Translations under genes and position numbers: made by a program
The notes under the pieces: generated by a model
Seen by the model: only the letters and a program-made list of their open reading frames with translations
Database searches by the model: none
Told to the model about the DNA's origin: nothing
Virus record (IMG/VR): IMGVR_UViG_3300020477_001008
Span: 178,647-242,646 of that record
Strand: one strand, 5' to 3'
Length of the DNA stretch: 64,000 nucleotides
Part shown: positions 40,239 to 48,634 of the stretch, piece by piece
Position numbering within the stretch: the stretch's first letter is position 1
Layout of the letters: every line of letters begins with the position of its first letter

Positions 40239-41408
40239 ATGGAAATTAATCTTAAAGACAATAAAACCTTTTGTGCTTTTGGCTTTAAAGGAGCAATGAT
40301 TGAAGTTGATGGCAGAGTAAGGCCGTGCTGTCGTTTTAAGATTAAAAAATCACAAAGATTAAAAGTAAATGAAGATAGATCTATTACTGATATTTTTAAT
40401 TCAGAACTTTATAAAGATATAAGAAAAAAAATGTTAGCTGGCGAAAAAGTAGATGGTTGCCAGAGATGTTATAGAGAAGAAGAAGCAGGATATCTTAGTA
40501 TGCGTTTATCTGATATTATCCAATCAACTAATACTGATGTAGAGTTACAATATCTTGAGTTTGAATCAGGAAGACATTGTAATTTAAAATGTAGAAGTTG
40601 CTCAGCTGATGTGTCAACTAAATGGAATGAAGATATAAAAAGACTTCCATCATTACAAGATCCAGATTTTGATTATGAAGCACATTATTATAATGAAGCA
40701 TTAGAAAAATTATCTAAAGATGAGTGTTCTAAATTAAGGTCTATAAAAGTTACAGGTGGTGAGCCATTTTTAAGTAAAACATTTTTAACTTTTATGAATA
40801 ATATGGTTGAATGGGATTATGCAAAAAATGTAACTTTGAAAGTTTATACAAATACTTCTTTTTTACCAAAAAAAAAGTTTCTTGATCAATTATTAAAATT
40901 TCGAAATTTATATTTGTATATGAGTATTGATGATATTAAAGAAAGAAATGATTATTTAAGATCAGGTAGTGAGTGGAAACTAGTAGAACTTGTAGCTCGT
41001 TATTGGATGGAGTTAGCATCAAAAGAGAAAAAAGTACATTTAGTTGTTAGTAATACAGTGAGTATTTTTAATCTGTTAACTTTAAATGAATTTGATGAAT
41101 GGCTAAAACAAAAAGAAAAAGAATATAATATTTTTATAGAATGCAATTATCAGCCTTTGCATTATCCAACAGAATTAGCATACTACAATTGGCCAAGACA
41201 TATTAAAAATCAAATGAAAGAATCTTTAGCTAGATACAAAAACCCATCTAATAAAATTAAAAGGCTTTATGATTTATTAGATTCACATAAGGTGACTACA
41301 ATTAGTGTTAAAAAGCAATTCTTATCCACTACAAATAGTATCGATTATGTTAGAAATGAGAGTTGGAAACAAGTATTTCCTGAACTTTTCAAGCTATTAA
41401 ATGGTTGA
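40239..41408 (+). CDS. Radical SAM protein, class A (13th copy, outside main array)
   Basis: CAFGF...PCC...CQRC; GRHCNLKCRSC; TGGEP; SIDD; GTAAATA-N8-ATG. Confidence 0.9.
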   Translation: MEINLKDNKTFCAFGFKGAMIEVDGRVRPCCRFKIKKSQRLKVNEDRSITDIFNSELYKDIRKKMLAGEKVDGCQRCYREEEAGYLSMRLSDIIQSTNTDVELQYLEFESGRHCNLKCRSCSADVSTKWNEDIKRLPSLQDPDFDYEAHYYNEALEKLSKDECSKLRSIKVTGGEPFLSKTFLTFMNNMVEWDYAKNVTLKVYTNTSFLPKKKFLDQLLKFRNLYLYMSIDDIKERNDYLRSGSEWKLVELVARYWMELASKEKKVHLVVSNTVSIFNLLTLNEFDEWLKQKEKEYNIFIECNYQPLHYPTELAYYNWPRHIKNQMKESLARYKNPSNKIKRLYDLLDSHKVTTISVKKQFLSTTNSIDYVRNESWKQVFPELFKLLNG

Positions 41409-41432
41409 CAGATCTGGATTCTATGTTATATT
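41405..41432 (+). promoter_or_regulatory. Sigma70-type promoter, leaderless spacing
   Basis: TTGACA-N16-TATATT (extended TGn), then N6-ATG 41439. Confidence 0.6.
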
Positions 41433-41438
41433 AATAAT

Positions 41439-42086
41439 ATGGAACAGAAACAATACAATTTAAAAACAGCACTTTCTATAGCTTGTGACATTTTTGATAA
41501 GCAAGGCTATGTAAAAGAAATACAACCAGGTAAAGACGTTGATACTAATAAATCCGTTTTATCTAAAAGGTTGGACAAAGAACCTAATTTTGTCCATTCT
41601 AATATAAAAGACATATTAAACTTTAAGCAAGAATTGGTTTTTAAAAAATTGAGTGGTAAATTATCTGACTATGAACATTTAGTTATTAAAATTTTAGAAA
41701 AAGAAAAAATGGATTTAAGAGAAATGGGCATAGTAGCAAGTGTACCATTAATGTATAGTAATGCTATGAAGAAAAGAGCAAAACAAGAAAAATACGAGAG
41801 TTTTCAACAAACAAGTCAGTTTCGTGGAGTACTTGGACAAAAATATTATGCACCAGTTGTATTATTAGACAAGATGTATCATAATAGAGGATTTTGGATT
41901 TACACATTTGTTGAAGATGGTAAGCATATTTTAAAATGGTTAACTGGAAAAGATTATGAAGAGTTTACTAAAGGATCTAAGATTAAATTAAGTGGTGTAG
42001 TTAAATTACATAATACTACAGGATACTATGGTGATGAAACTACATTAAGAAGTTGTAAACTAATAAGGGATATTGAAAATGCATAA
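41439..42086 (+). CDS. Hypothetical protein, possible C-terminal OB-fold
   Basis: Beta-rich C-terminus (G..VKLH...YG..TTL) resembling phage OB domains. Confidence 0.55.
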   Translation: MEQKQYNLKTALSIACDIFDKQGYVKEIQPGKDVDTNKSVLSKRLDKEPNFVHSNIKDILNFKQELVFKKLSGKLSDYEHLVIKILEKEKMDLREMGIVASVPLMYSNAMKKRAKQEKYESFQQTSQFRGVLGQKYYAPVVLLDKMYHNRGFWIYTFVEDGKHILKWLTGKDYEEFTKGSKIKLSGVVKLHNTTGYYGDETTLRSCKLIRDIENA

Positions 42087-43368
42087 ACCTTGGAAAATTA
42101 TACAAGAGCTAGAAGCTGATAATAGTAGATTAAAAAAAGAATCAATTATTAAACGAGAAAGTGATGCAGACAACATTAGATTTTTTGATGGTGTGTGTAT
42201 GGCGTTAGATGGATTTAGAACGTTTGGTGTACAAAAGGTTCCAGTAGCTACAAAAGATGGTCCAGGCATACCAGAAGCAGAATTTTTAGATACTATTCAA
42301 AAATTAGAAGATAGAACTCTTACAGGTAATGATATGAGAGATAAGATTGAAGATTTATGTAATAGATCTAATATGGAAGAATGGAACGATTGGTATAGAA
42401 GAATTTTAATTAAAGATTTAAGATGTGGTGTAACACATAAGACAGTTAATAAGTTTTCTACTTACAAAGTGCCTGTGTTTGAATGTATGTTGGCAACAGA
42501 TTCAGCAAAACACGAAAAGAAAATGGTAGGAGATGTTATTGTAGAACCAAAATTAGATGGAGTTAGAGTTGTAGTTATTTGTGATGTAGATAAAGATGAA
42601 GTAAAACTTTTTAGTAGAAACGGTAAAGAGCTTACAAACTTTCCACACATAAACGAGCAATTTGATGATATGTTAGACCAGATGGGCGAGTCAATGGTGT
42701 TTGATGGAGAAGTAATGAGTGATGACTTCCAAACATTAATGAGAGAGATACACAGAAAACAAGGTGCTAAAACAAAAGATGCAATACTTAATTTATTTGA
42801 TTGTATACCATTAGAAGATTTTAAGCAAGGCGAATGTGGATTATCAATAACAAAAAGAAAACAATTATTAGAAGATTTTAAATATGGACCAAATATTAAT
42901 TTAGTAGAGTATGTTAAAATTAATTTAAGTGACGATGATGGCCAAAAACAATTTGCTGATTACAATAAAATTTGCATTGATAAAGGATATGAAGGAATAA
43001 TGGTTAAACCAATTGGCGGTTTATATGAATGTAAGAGATCTACATTGTGGTTAAAAGTAAAACCATTTATAGAAGTATCATTAACAGTTAAAGCAACAGA
43101 AGAAGGTACAGGACGTAATATAGGTAAACTAGGTGCTCTTATTGTTGAAGGCGAAGATGATAGTAAATTTATTAAAACAAATGTTGGCTCAGGTTTAACT
43201 GATAATAATAGAGAAGAATTTTGGAAAGCAAAAGAAAAGTTAATTGGGCAAGTTGTTGAAATTAGAGCTGATGCTATTACACAAAATCAAGATGCTAAAG
43301 ATGAATACAGTTTAAGATTTCCAAGATTTTTAAGATTTAGAGGTTTTGAAGTTGGGGAGAAAATGTAA
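42073..43368 (+). CDS. ATP-dependent DNA ligase
   Basis: EPKLDGVR (motif I), FSRNGK, VFDGE, GYEGIMVK, WLKVK, VGSG, SLRFPRF. Confidence 0.95.
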   Translation: MKMHKPWKIIQELEADNSRLKKESIIKRESDADNIRFFDGVCMALDGFRTFGVQKVPVATKDGPGIPEAEFLDTIQKLEDRTLTGNDMRDKIEDLCNRSNMEEWNDWYRRILIKDLRCGVTHKTVNKFSTYKVPVFECMLATDSAKHEKKMVGDVIVEPKLDGVRVVVICDVDKDEVKLFSRNGKELTNFPHINEQFDDMLDQMGESMVFDGEVMSDDFQTLMREIHRKQGAKTKDAILNLFDCIPLEDFKQGECGLSITKRKQLLEDFKYGPNINLVEYVKINLSDDDGQKQFADYNKICIDKGYEGIMVKPIGGLYECKRSTLWLKVKPFIEVSLTVKATEEGTGRNIGKLGALIVEGEDDSKFIKTNVGSGLTDNNREEFWKAKEKLIGQVVEIRADAITQNQDAKDEYSLRFPRFLRFRGFEVGEKM

Positions 43369-43559
43369 TGAAAGTAAATTATCAAATTTGGTATATACCA
43401 AGAATACAAGACGAATTAGCAGTAGCAAATTTTAATACTTTAGACGATGCAGTAGAACAAATGAATCAACTAAAAGAAAAAAGACCAAAAGCATTTCCAC
43501 ATCATTATATATGGGACGTTACTAAAAAGCAAAAGGTCAACTATGACAAAGAAATTTAA
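43368..43559 (+). CDS. Hypothetical protein
   Basis: Coupled small ORF. Confidence 0.55.
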   Translation: MKVNYQIWYIPRIQDELAVANFNTLDDAVEQMNQLKEKRPKAFPHHYIWDVTKKQKVNYDKEI

Positions 43560-43767
43560 AATACTTGATAAAAAGAAAGTAATAAAGGAAATACAAATTG
43601 AGGAACCAAAATTTACATATCAGCAGGCAGTTAACCATTTGAGTTCAATTGGTTCGGTATATTTAGATAAACACGGAAAATCAATGCATAAAACAGATAG
43701 ACAAATGCTAGAAGAATCAATTAAAATAGTAGATGGATATTATGATTATATAAAATGGCCGAAATAA
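43543..43767 (+). CDS. Hypothetical protein
   Basis: Coupled small ORF. Confidence 0.55.
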   Translation: MTKKFKILDKKKVIKEIQIEEPKFTYQQAVNHLSSIGSVYLDKHGKSMHKTDRQMLEESIKIVDGYYDYIKWPK

Positions 43768-44054
43768 TAAATTTAAAAAAATATAGAAACGTAAAAATTA
43801 AAAAAACTGAAAAGCAGTTAAATGAAATTTGGAGACAAATTATGGAAAATGCTTTAGGTAAATTAATGGCAAGTGGAGTTAAGTTTGATGAAAGAACGGA
43901 ATTAGCAGTAGTACCAGCTTTTAAAATTTTACAAAGTATATTATTTAAAGCACACGGTCTTAAACATAATTTAGATAAACCTTTAGATCAATTTATAAAA
44001 CAATATTATGGCAAAGACATACATTCACGTAAACCAACACAAGATAAGGAGTAA
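43755..44054 (+). CDS. Hypothetical protein
   Basis: Coupled ORF with MAEIINL N-terminus. Confidence 0.6.
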   Translation: MAEIINLKKYRNVKIKKTEKQLNEIWRQIMENALGKLMASGVKFDERTELAVVPAFKILQSILFKAHGLKHNLDKPLDQFIKQYYGKDIHSRKPTQDKE

Positions 44055-44238
44055 TAAAAAGAATGGTACTAACGAACCTGTTATTACGATCAAAAGAGGT
44101 ACTAAAAATACTTACTGTCACGAAGTTAAAATTCTTGGCCCGTCATCCGTTGTTTATGGCGGTAATGATAAACCTTTGCTTTCTTGTGGCGCTAGGGTGG
44201 TCGTATTAACTGAAGCAGAAGTTGAGGTTGTAAAATAA
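44008..44238 (+). CDS. Conserved phage hypothetical protein
   Basis: IHVNQHKIRSN...EPVITIK...YCHEV...LSCGARV motif recalled from phage hypotheticals. Confidence 0.7.
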   Translation: MAKTYIHVNQHKIRSNKKNGTNEPVITIKRGTKNTYCHEVKILGPSSVVYGGNDKPLLSCGARVVVLTEAEVEVVK

Positions 44239-44798
44239 TGTTCGAAGTTCCATTTGTCCATAAGAACATTGAAGAAACTTTAGATATCAACAAAGTCGTT
44301 AATGAAATTAGAGAACATTGTAAAACATTAAAACTTCCAAATCCCTGGGCAAAGCAATCTCACGTGATAACATCAATTGCCGCTGGTGGCGAAGATTCTT
44401 GGCAAAGTGAAGATGTTTTAAAAGCCTGTATGCCTATAATAAAAGAGTATGTTGATAAAGCAATAGGACTTAATATAAAGTTAAATTGCCATATGTGGTA
44501 CAATATCTATAATGAAGGATTTAACCAAGAACAACATAATCATATTACAGTTGGTAATGTAGCAAGTGGAGTAGTATACCTATCAGTTCCAGAAAAATCC
44601 ACAGGTACAACCTTTATAAATCCAAATACACTATTTCTTAATTCTACTGAATATAAAGAAGAATTTAAGTATTATACACCTAAAGTAAAGAAGGGTGATG
44701 TTATAATTTTTCCACCTTGGGTAGAACATAGAGTTGATAAGCAGTTTGATATAGAAAATACCAGAATAACAGTAGCATTTAATATTTCCAACAGTTAA
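44238..44798 (+). CDS. Putative 2OG-Fe(II) oxygenase
   Basis: WYNIY...QEQHNH...SGVVYL...GDVIIFPPWVEHRV...RITVAFN. Confidence 0.7.
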   Translation: MFEVPFVHKNIEETLDINKVVNEIREHCKTLKLPNPWAKQSHVITSIAAGGEDSWQSEDVLKACMPIIKEYVDKAIGLNIKLNCHMWYNIYNEGFNQEQHNHITVGNVASGVVYLSVPEKSTGTTFINPNTLFLNSTEYKEEFKYYTPKVKKGDVIIFPPWVEHRVDKQFDIENTRITVAFNISNS

Positions 44799-44834
44799 AA
44801 CAGATTAACCATAGTTTTTATAAATATATATGTT

Positions 44835-45077
44835 ATGAAAACTATTTGTCCTGTAATTGATATTACATATCTTATCGAGCAACGTAAGATTAAAAGAGCT
44901 ATACGTGAGCAGTTAAAGAAGCTAGAAATAGCTGATATGTTTGTTGAAGAATGTATAGTTAACTTTAAGAACGGAAAAGCAGAATATACTGGATATGTTT
45001 GGTGCAGAGAATCAGGCGAAAAAGTTCAGCTAGGTAAAACTTACGATGTAACAGAAGCATTGGCTTGGCTAGGATAA
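44835..45077 (+). CDS. Hypothetical protein
   Basis: TATAAATA (44819-44826) then N8-ATG. Confidence 0.6.
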   Translation: MKTICPVIDITYLIEQRKIKRAIREQLKKLEIADMFVEECIVNFKNGKAEYTGYVWCRESGEKVQLGKTYDVTEALAWLG

Positions 45078-45127
45078 TATACCCATATTACCTTTTTGTT
45101 CATAAATAGATAAAGTAATACATAATT

Positions 45128-45169
45128 ACAAGACTAGAATAATTTTCTAGACTGTGGAAACAGACTTGT
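45128..45169 (+). promoter_or_regulatory. Three-way-junction RNA structure directly before the SD of a structural gene
   Basis: ACAAG/CTTGT closes CTAGAA/TTCTAG and CTGT-GGAA-ACAG (GNRA loop); GAGGA follows; CATAAATA at 45101. Confidence 0.5.
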
Positions 45170-45177
45170 GAGGAAAA

Positions 45178-45891
45178 ATGGCAGTAACATATAATATAAA
45201 AGGAACTACAAATAGTTCATTTAAAGTTGGGAAAAGTGGAACCGGAACGGTTTACCTTAATACTTTATCTGCCGACGATCTTTCAGCAACAGGTAATTTA
45301 ACAATATCAGGAAATCTTGTAGTATCAGGAACAACGACAACAGTAAATTCAACTACTATAGAAGTTAAAGATAGATTTATTTTTGAAGGTGCAACAACAG
45401 ATGCACACGAAACAACATTGATTGTTGAAGACCCAACAGCAGATAGAACAGTTACTATACCAAATGCTACAACAACATTAGTAGGTAGAGATACAACAGA
45501 TACGTTAACAAATAAAACATTAACAAGTCCTGTGATTACAGGTTTAAATATTTCTGATAATATTGTTTTTGAAGGTGCAACAGCAGATGCTCACGAACTG
45601 ACACTAGCAGTTGCAGATCCAACAACAGATAGAACAGTTACTATACCAGATGAAACAGGAATATTAATAGTAAAAAATACTGTAACAGGAATGATACAGT
45701 TACCTGTAGGTACAACGGCGGAAAGACCGACACCATCAGCAGGTATGCTAAGATTTAATTCAACAACAAAACGTTTTGAAGGCTATAATGGAATTAACTG
45801 GACACCATTATCATCTTCACCAAATGACTTGTCATCACGTGATGGTACAGAAGTTGATGTACACGCAAGTGACTTTGGTAACATAACGTAA
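45178..45891 (+). CDS. Virion structural / tail-fibre-like protein with duplicated module
   Basis: Two copies of FEGAT.DAHE.TL.V.DPT.DRTVTIP; LPVGTTAERP...GMLRFNSTTKRFEGYNG motif typical of myovirus fibre/baseplate proteins. Confidence 0.65.
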   Translation: MAVTYNIKGTTNSSFKVGKSGTGTVYLNTLSADDLSATGNLTISGNLVVSGTTTTVNSTTIEVKDRFIFEGATTDAHETTLIVEDPTADRTVTIPNATTTLVGRDTTDTLTNKTLTSPVITGLNISDNIVFEGATADAHELTLAVADPTTDRTVTIPDETGILIVKNTVTGMIQLPVGTTAERPTPSAGMLRFNSTTKRFEGYNGINWTPLSSSPNDLSSRDGTEVDVHASDFGNIT

Positions 45892-45912
45892 ATACACTAG
45901 GAGAATAATAAT

Positions 45913-46176
45913 ATGTGGAATATGATAAAATATGAAATACCTGAAATGTTAGACAATTGGAGAGTAATTCCAAGATTGTTAATATTTTTATATGCGGTGG
46001 TATTTTATCAAACAATGAATTGGTTTATGTTATTAGAAAATCCAAACAATGCACAGGCAGGTTTTGTATCAGTGATAGTTGGTGCAGGTGCGGCCTGGTT
46101 TGGTTTATATGTAAATTCAGGTTCAGGTAAAAAAGTAAGATTTGAAACTACAAGAACAGGAAGTAAAAGTAGCTAA
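45913..46176 (+). CDS. Two-TM membrane protein
   Basis: DNWRVIPRLL, two hydrophobic helices. Confidence 0.6.
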   Translation: MWNMIKYEIPEMLDNWRVIPRLLIFLYAVVFYQTMNWFMLLENPNNAQAGFVSVIVGAGAAWFGLYVNSGSGKKVRFETTRTGSKSS

Positions 46177-46610
46177 TGACACCGGATCTTAACTCATTGT
46201 CAATGGATTTAACAGGTATGCTATTACCTTGGATTGCAGTATTAATATCTTTAGTAGTAGCAATTTGGTTTAAAGACTTTGCAACAGGATTAGCAAAAGG
46301 ACTAAAGTTCAAATATGATCCTGCGTTCAAAGAAGGTGACGAAGTTATCTTAGATGGACAAACAGCAATGATAGTTAAGATTGGTGTAAGCCAAACAGTA
46401 TTTGGAATATATTCAGAAAAAGGTTATACTTGGAGATATGTTCCAAATGAAAGAATACCATATTTAAAACTTGAAAAAGTTGTTAAGAAAGATTTACACC
46501 TTGACTCTGAAGAAGAAAAAGCAGAGAAATTAAAATCAATGATTGATAAAATACAAGACCAACAAATTGCTAAAAATCAAGAAGCAATAGAGAAAATGAA
46601 AAATGAATAA
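46176..46610 (+). CDS. MscS-like mechanosensitive channel beta-domain protein
   Basis: TM helix then PAFKEGDEVILDG...IVKIGV...T...RYVPN. Confidence 0.55.
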   Translation: MTPDLNSLSMDLTGMLLPWIAVLISLVVAIWFKDFATGLAKGLKFKYDPAFKEGDEVILDGQTAMIVKIGVSQTVFGIYSEKGYTWRYVPNERIPYLKLEKVVKKDLHLDSEEEKAEKLKSMIDKIQDQQIAKNQEAIEKMKNE

Positions 46611-46962
46611 AATAATGTTAAAATTTGAATCTGAGTTGAATACTGAATCTTTGGAATCATTATTTGATACAGTTGCAACTGTTTTATCAGAAGAACTATA
46701 TGCAGAACAAAATGTTATAGGTGGAGATGGAATTGAATCCAACTATAATTTAATACATCACGAAACACACGGCTATCATTGTTATGATATGCCAATAGCC
46801 AGACCTCTTTCTATTTCAGAAAGTAAAGCACTTTACCAAGTTTTGGATAAAGCTATAACTGGAGATTATATGTTGGAAATATCAGCAGATTCTACAGAGC
46901 TACAAAACAGGTATAAATTTAATAGTTTTGAAGGTGCTATCCAAGAAGGCGATTTAGACTAG
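46603..46962 (+). CDS. Hypothetical protein
   Basis: Coupled acidic ORF. Confidence 0.6.
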   Translation: MNKIMLKFESELNTESLESLFDTVATVLSEELYAEQNVIGGDGIESNYNLIHHETHGYHCYDMPIARPLSISESKALYQVLDKAITGDYMLEISADSTELQNRYKFNSFEGAIQEGDLD

Positions 46963-46987
46963 ACATAATTTTTATTTGTGTTATACT
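46960..46987 (+). promoter_or_regulatory. Sigma70-type promoter, leaderless spacing
   Basis: TAGACA-N16-TATACT (extended TGn), then N6-ATG 46994. Confidence 0.6.
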
Positions 46988-46993
46988 AGTAGT

Positions 46994-47542
46994 ATGACAC
47001 AGCACATTATGATCGATCTGGAGACGTTAGCCACAACTATAGATGCCAATATTCTAACAATAGGTGCTATAAAGTTTGACCCCAATGAAGATTATAGTAA
47101 CTGGAAGTGGGGAGAGTATCCTAAGACGCAGGTTTTCTATAGAAGAATTGATCCTGAATCTGGATCCAAAATTGGATTGAAAAATGATGATGAAACTATT
47201 GCTTGGTGGAGTCAGCAATCAGATGAAGTTAAAGCTGAAGCATTCGCTGAAGAAGAAAGATATCCAATTGACCAAGTAATGAAAGAGTTTTATAAATTTT
47301 GTTTGCCTGGAAAATATTTTTGGGCTCAAGGTGTAGCTTTTGATACTGTAATATGTGAACAAGTATTTAAAAAATTAAAACGTGGTGCTCCTTGGATGTT
47401 TTATAATTTACGTGATACTAGAACATTATTTGATTTAAAAGATCCAAATATGCCAAGTGCTAGACACCATCACGCATTATTTGATTGTTGGAGACAAATT
47501 GTAGGGGTACAAAATGTTTATAGACAAATCTACAAAAATTAA
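46994..47542 (+). CDS. DEDDh 3'-5' exonuclease
   Basis: IMIDLETL, QGVAFD, RDTRTL, HHALFD. Confidence 0.8.
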   Translation: MTQHIMIDLETLATTIDANILTIGAIKFDPNEDYSNWKWGEYPKTQVFYRRIDPESGSKIGLKNDDETIAWWSQQSDEVKAEAFAEEERYPIDQVMKEFYKFCLPGKYFWAQGVAFDTVICEQVFKKLKRGAPWMFYNLRDTRTLFDLKDPNMPSARHHHALFDCWRQIVGVQNVYRQIYKN

Positions 47543-48602
47543 AAGAATAGGTTTTTGTTGTAAATGGTTAAACGATCCTAGTGAAACTAGGGGTATGAAA
47601 ATCAATGCTAAAGATAGAGATCTAAATGGTAGAGCAACTACTATGCGTTGGTTACGAGAACATCCAGAAGAAGCAGAACAAAGACAATGGGACATTATGA
47701 ATCATAATGCCACAGCCGCTCGTAAAATGATTGAACGTGTAGCAACATTACCTTTAGAACGTAGAATGGTTAGATTAGGTAGTGAAATGTTACAAGGTTA
47801 CACAGAACCTAATTGGATTGATTGGTGGCAACAAAAAAATGTCCAAGATCATTTAGAAAAAATATTTGCACCTGTTGGTGATGCTTCAAGAAAACATAAT
47901 GTTAAGATAAGTTTTCATCCTGGGCAATTTTGTGTACTTGCAAGTGCCACACCTGATATTGTAGAACGTAGTATATTAGAATTTGAATATCACGCAGATA
48001 TGGCTCGTTGGATGGGTTTTGGCAAAAGCTTTCAAGATGGTTGCAAACTAAATGTACATATTTCAGGTAAGCAAGGTCCAGAAGGCATTATTAAAGTATT
48101 ACCCAAATTATCATCAGAAGCAAGAAATCTTATTACTATTGAAAATGATGAAATGGGTTGGGGCCTAGATGCTAGTTTACAATTAGAAAATCATTTAGCA
48201 TTAGTATTAGATATACATCATCATTGGATACGTGATGAAGAATATATACGACCTACAGATGATAGGGTTAAAAGAGTTATTGATAGTTGGCGTGGTCAAC
48301 GTCCTACTTTACATTATTCATATAGTAGAGATGAAGCACTTGCTCCTGCAAATTTAGGAAACAAAATGCATACAGAAATGCACAATATAAAAGATTTAAT
48401 AGCCAAAGGCTGTAAAAAACAAAAATTAAGAGCTCATAGCGACTTTTATCCTAATAAAAAAGCAAATGATTGGGCTTTAAGTTTTAATGAAGAATTTGAC
48501 ATACAGGCAGAGTCCAAGGGTAAAAATTTAGCTTCGCAGATGCTTTATGAACAGTCTATTGGTGTAAAACAGTTAAATGAAGAGTGGCAAGCCGTTTGTT
48601 AA
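47514..48602 (+). CDS. uvsE: UV-damage endonuclease (UvsE/UVDE)
   Basis: RIGFCC, RMVRLGSE, ISFHPGQF, NVHISG, TIENDE, LVLDIHHH, LHYS, RAHSD, QAESKGKN. Confidence 0.9.
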   Translation: MFIDKSTKIKRIGFCCKWLNDPSETRGMKINAKDRDLNGRATTMRWLREHPEEAEQRQWDIMNHNATAARKMIERVATLPLERRMVRLGSEMLQGYTEPNWIDWWQQKNVQDHLEKIFAPVGDASRKHNVKISFHPGQFCVLASATPDIVERSILEFEYHADMARWMGFGKSFQDGCKLNVHISGKQGPEGIIKVLPKLSSEARNLITIENDEMGWGLDASLQLENHLALVLDIHHHWIRDEEYIRPTDDRVKRVIDSWRGQRPTLHYSYSRDEALAPANLGNKMHTEMHNIKDLIAKGCKKQKLRAHSDFYPNKKANDWALSFNEEFDIQAESKGKNLASQMLYEQSIGVKQLNEEWQAVC

Positions 48603-48634
48603 CACAGAGCTAGGTACAGATAAATATTTGTGTT

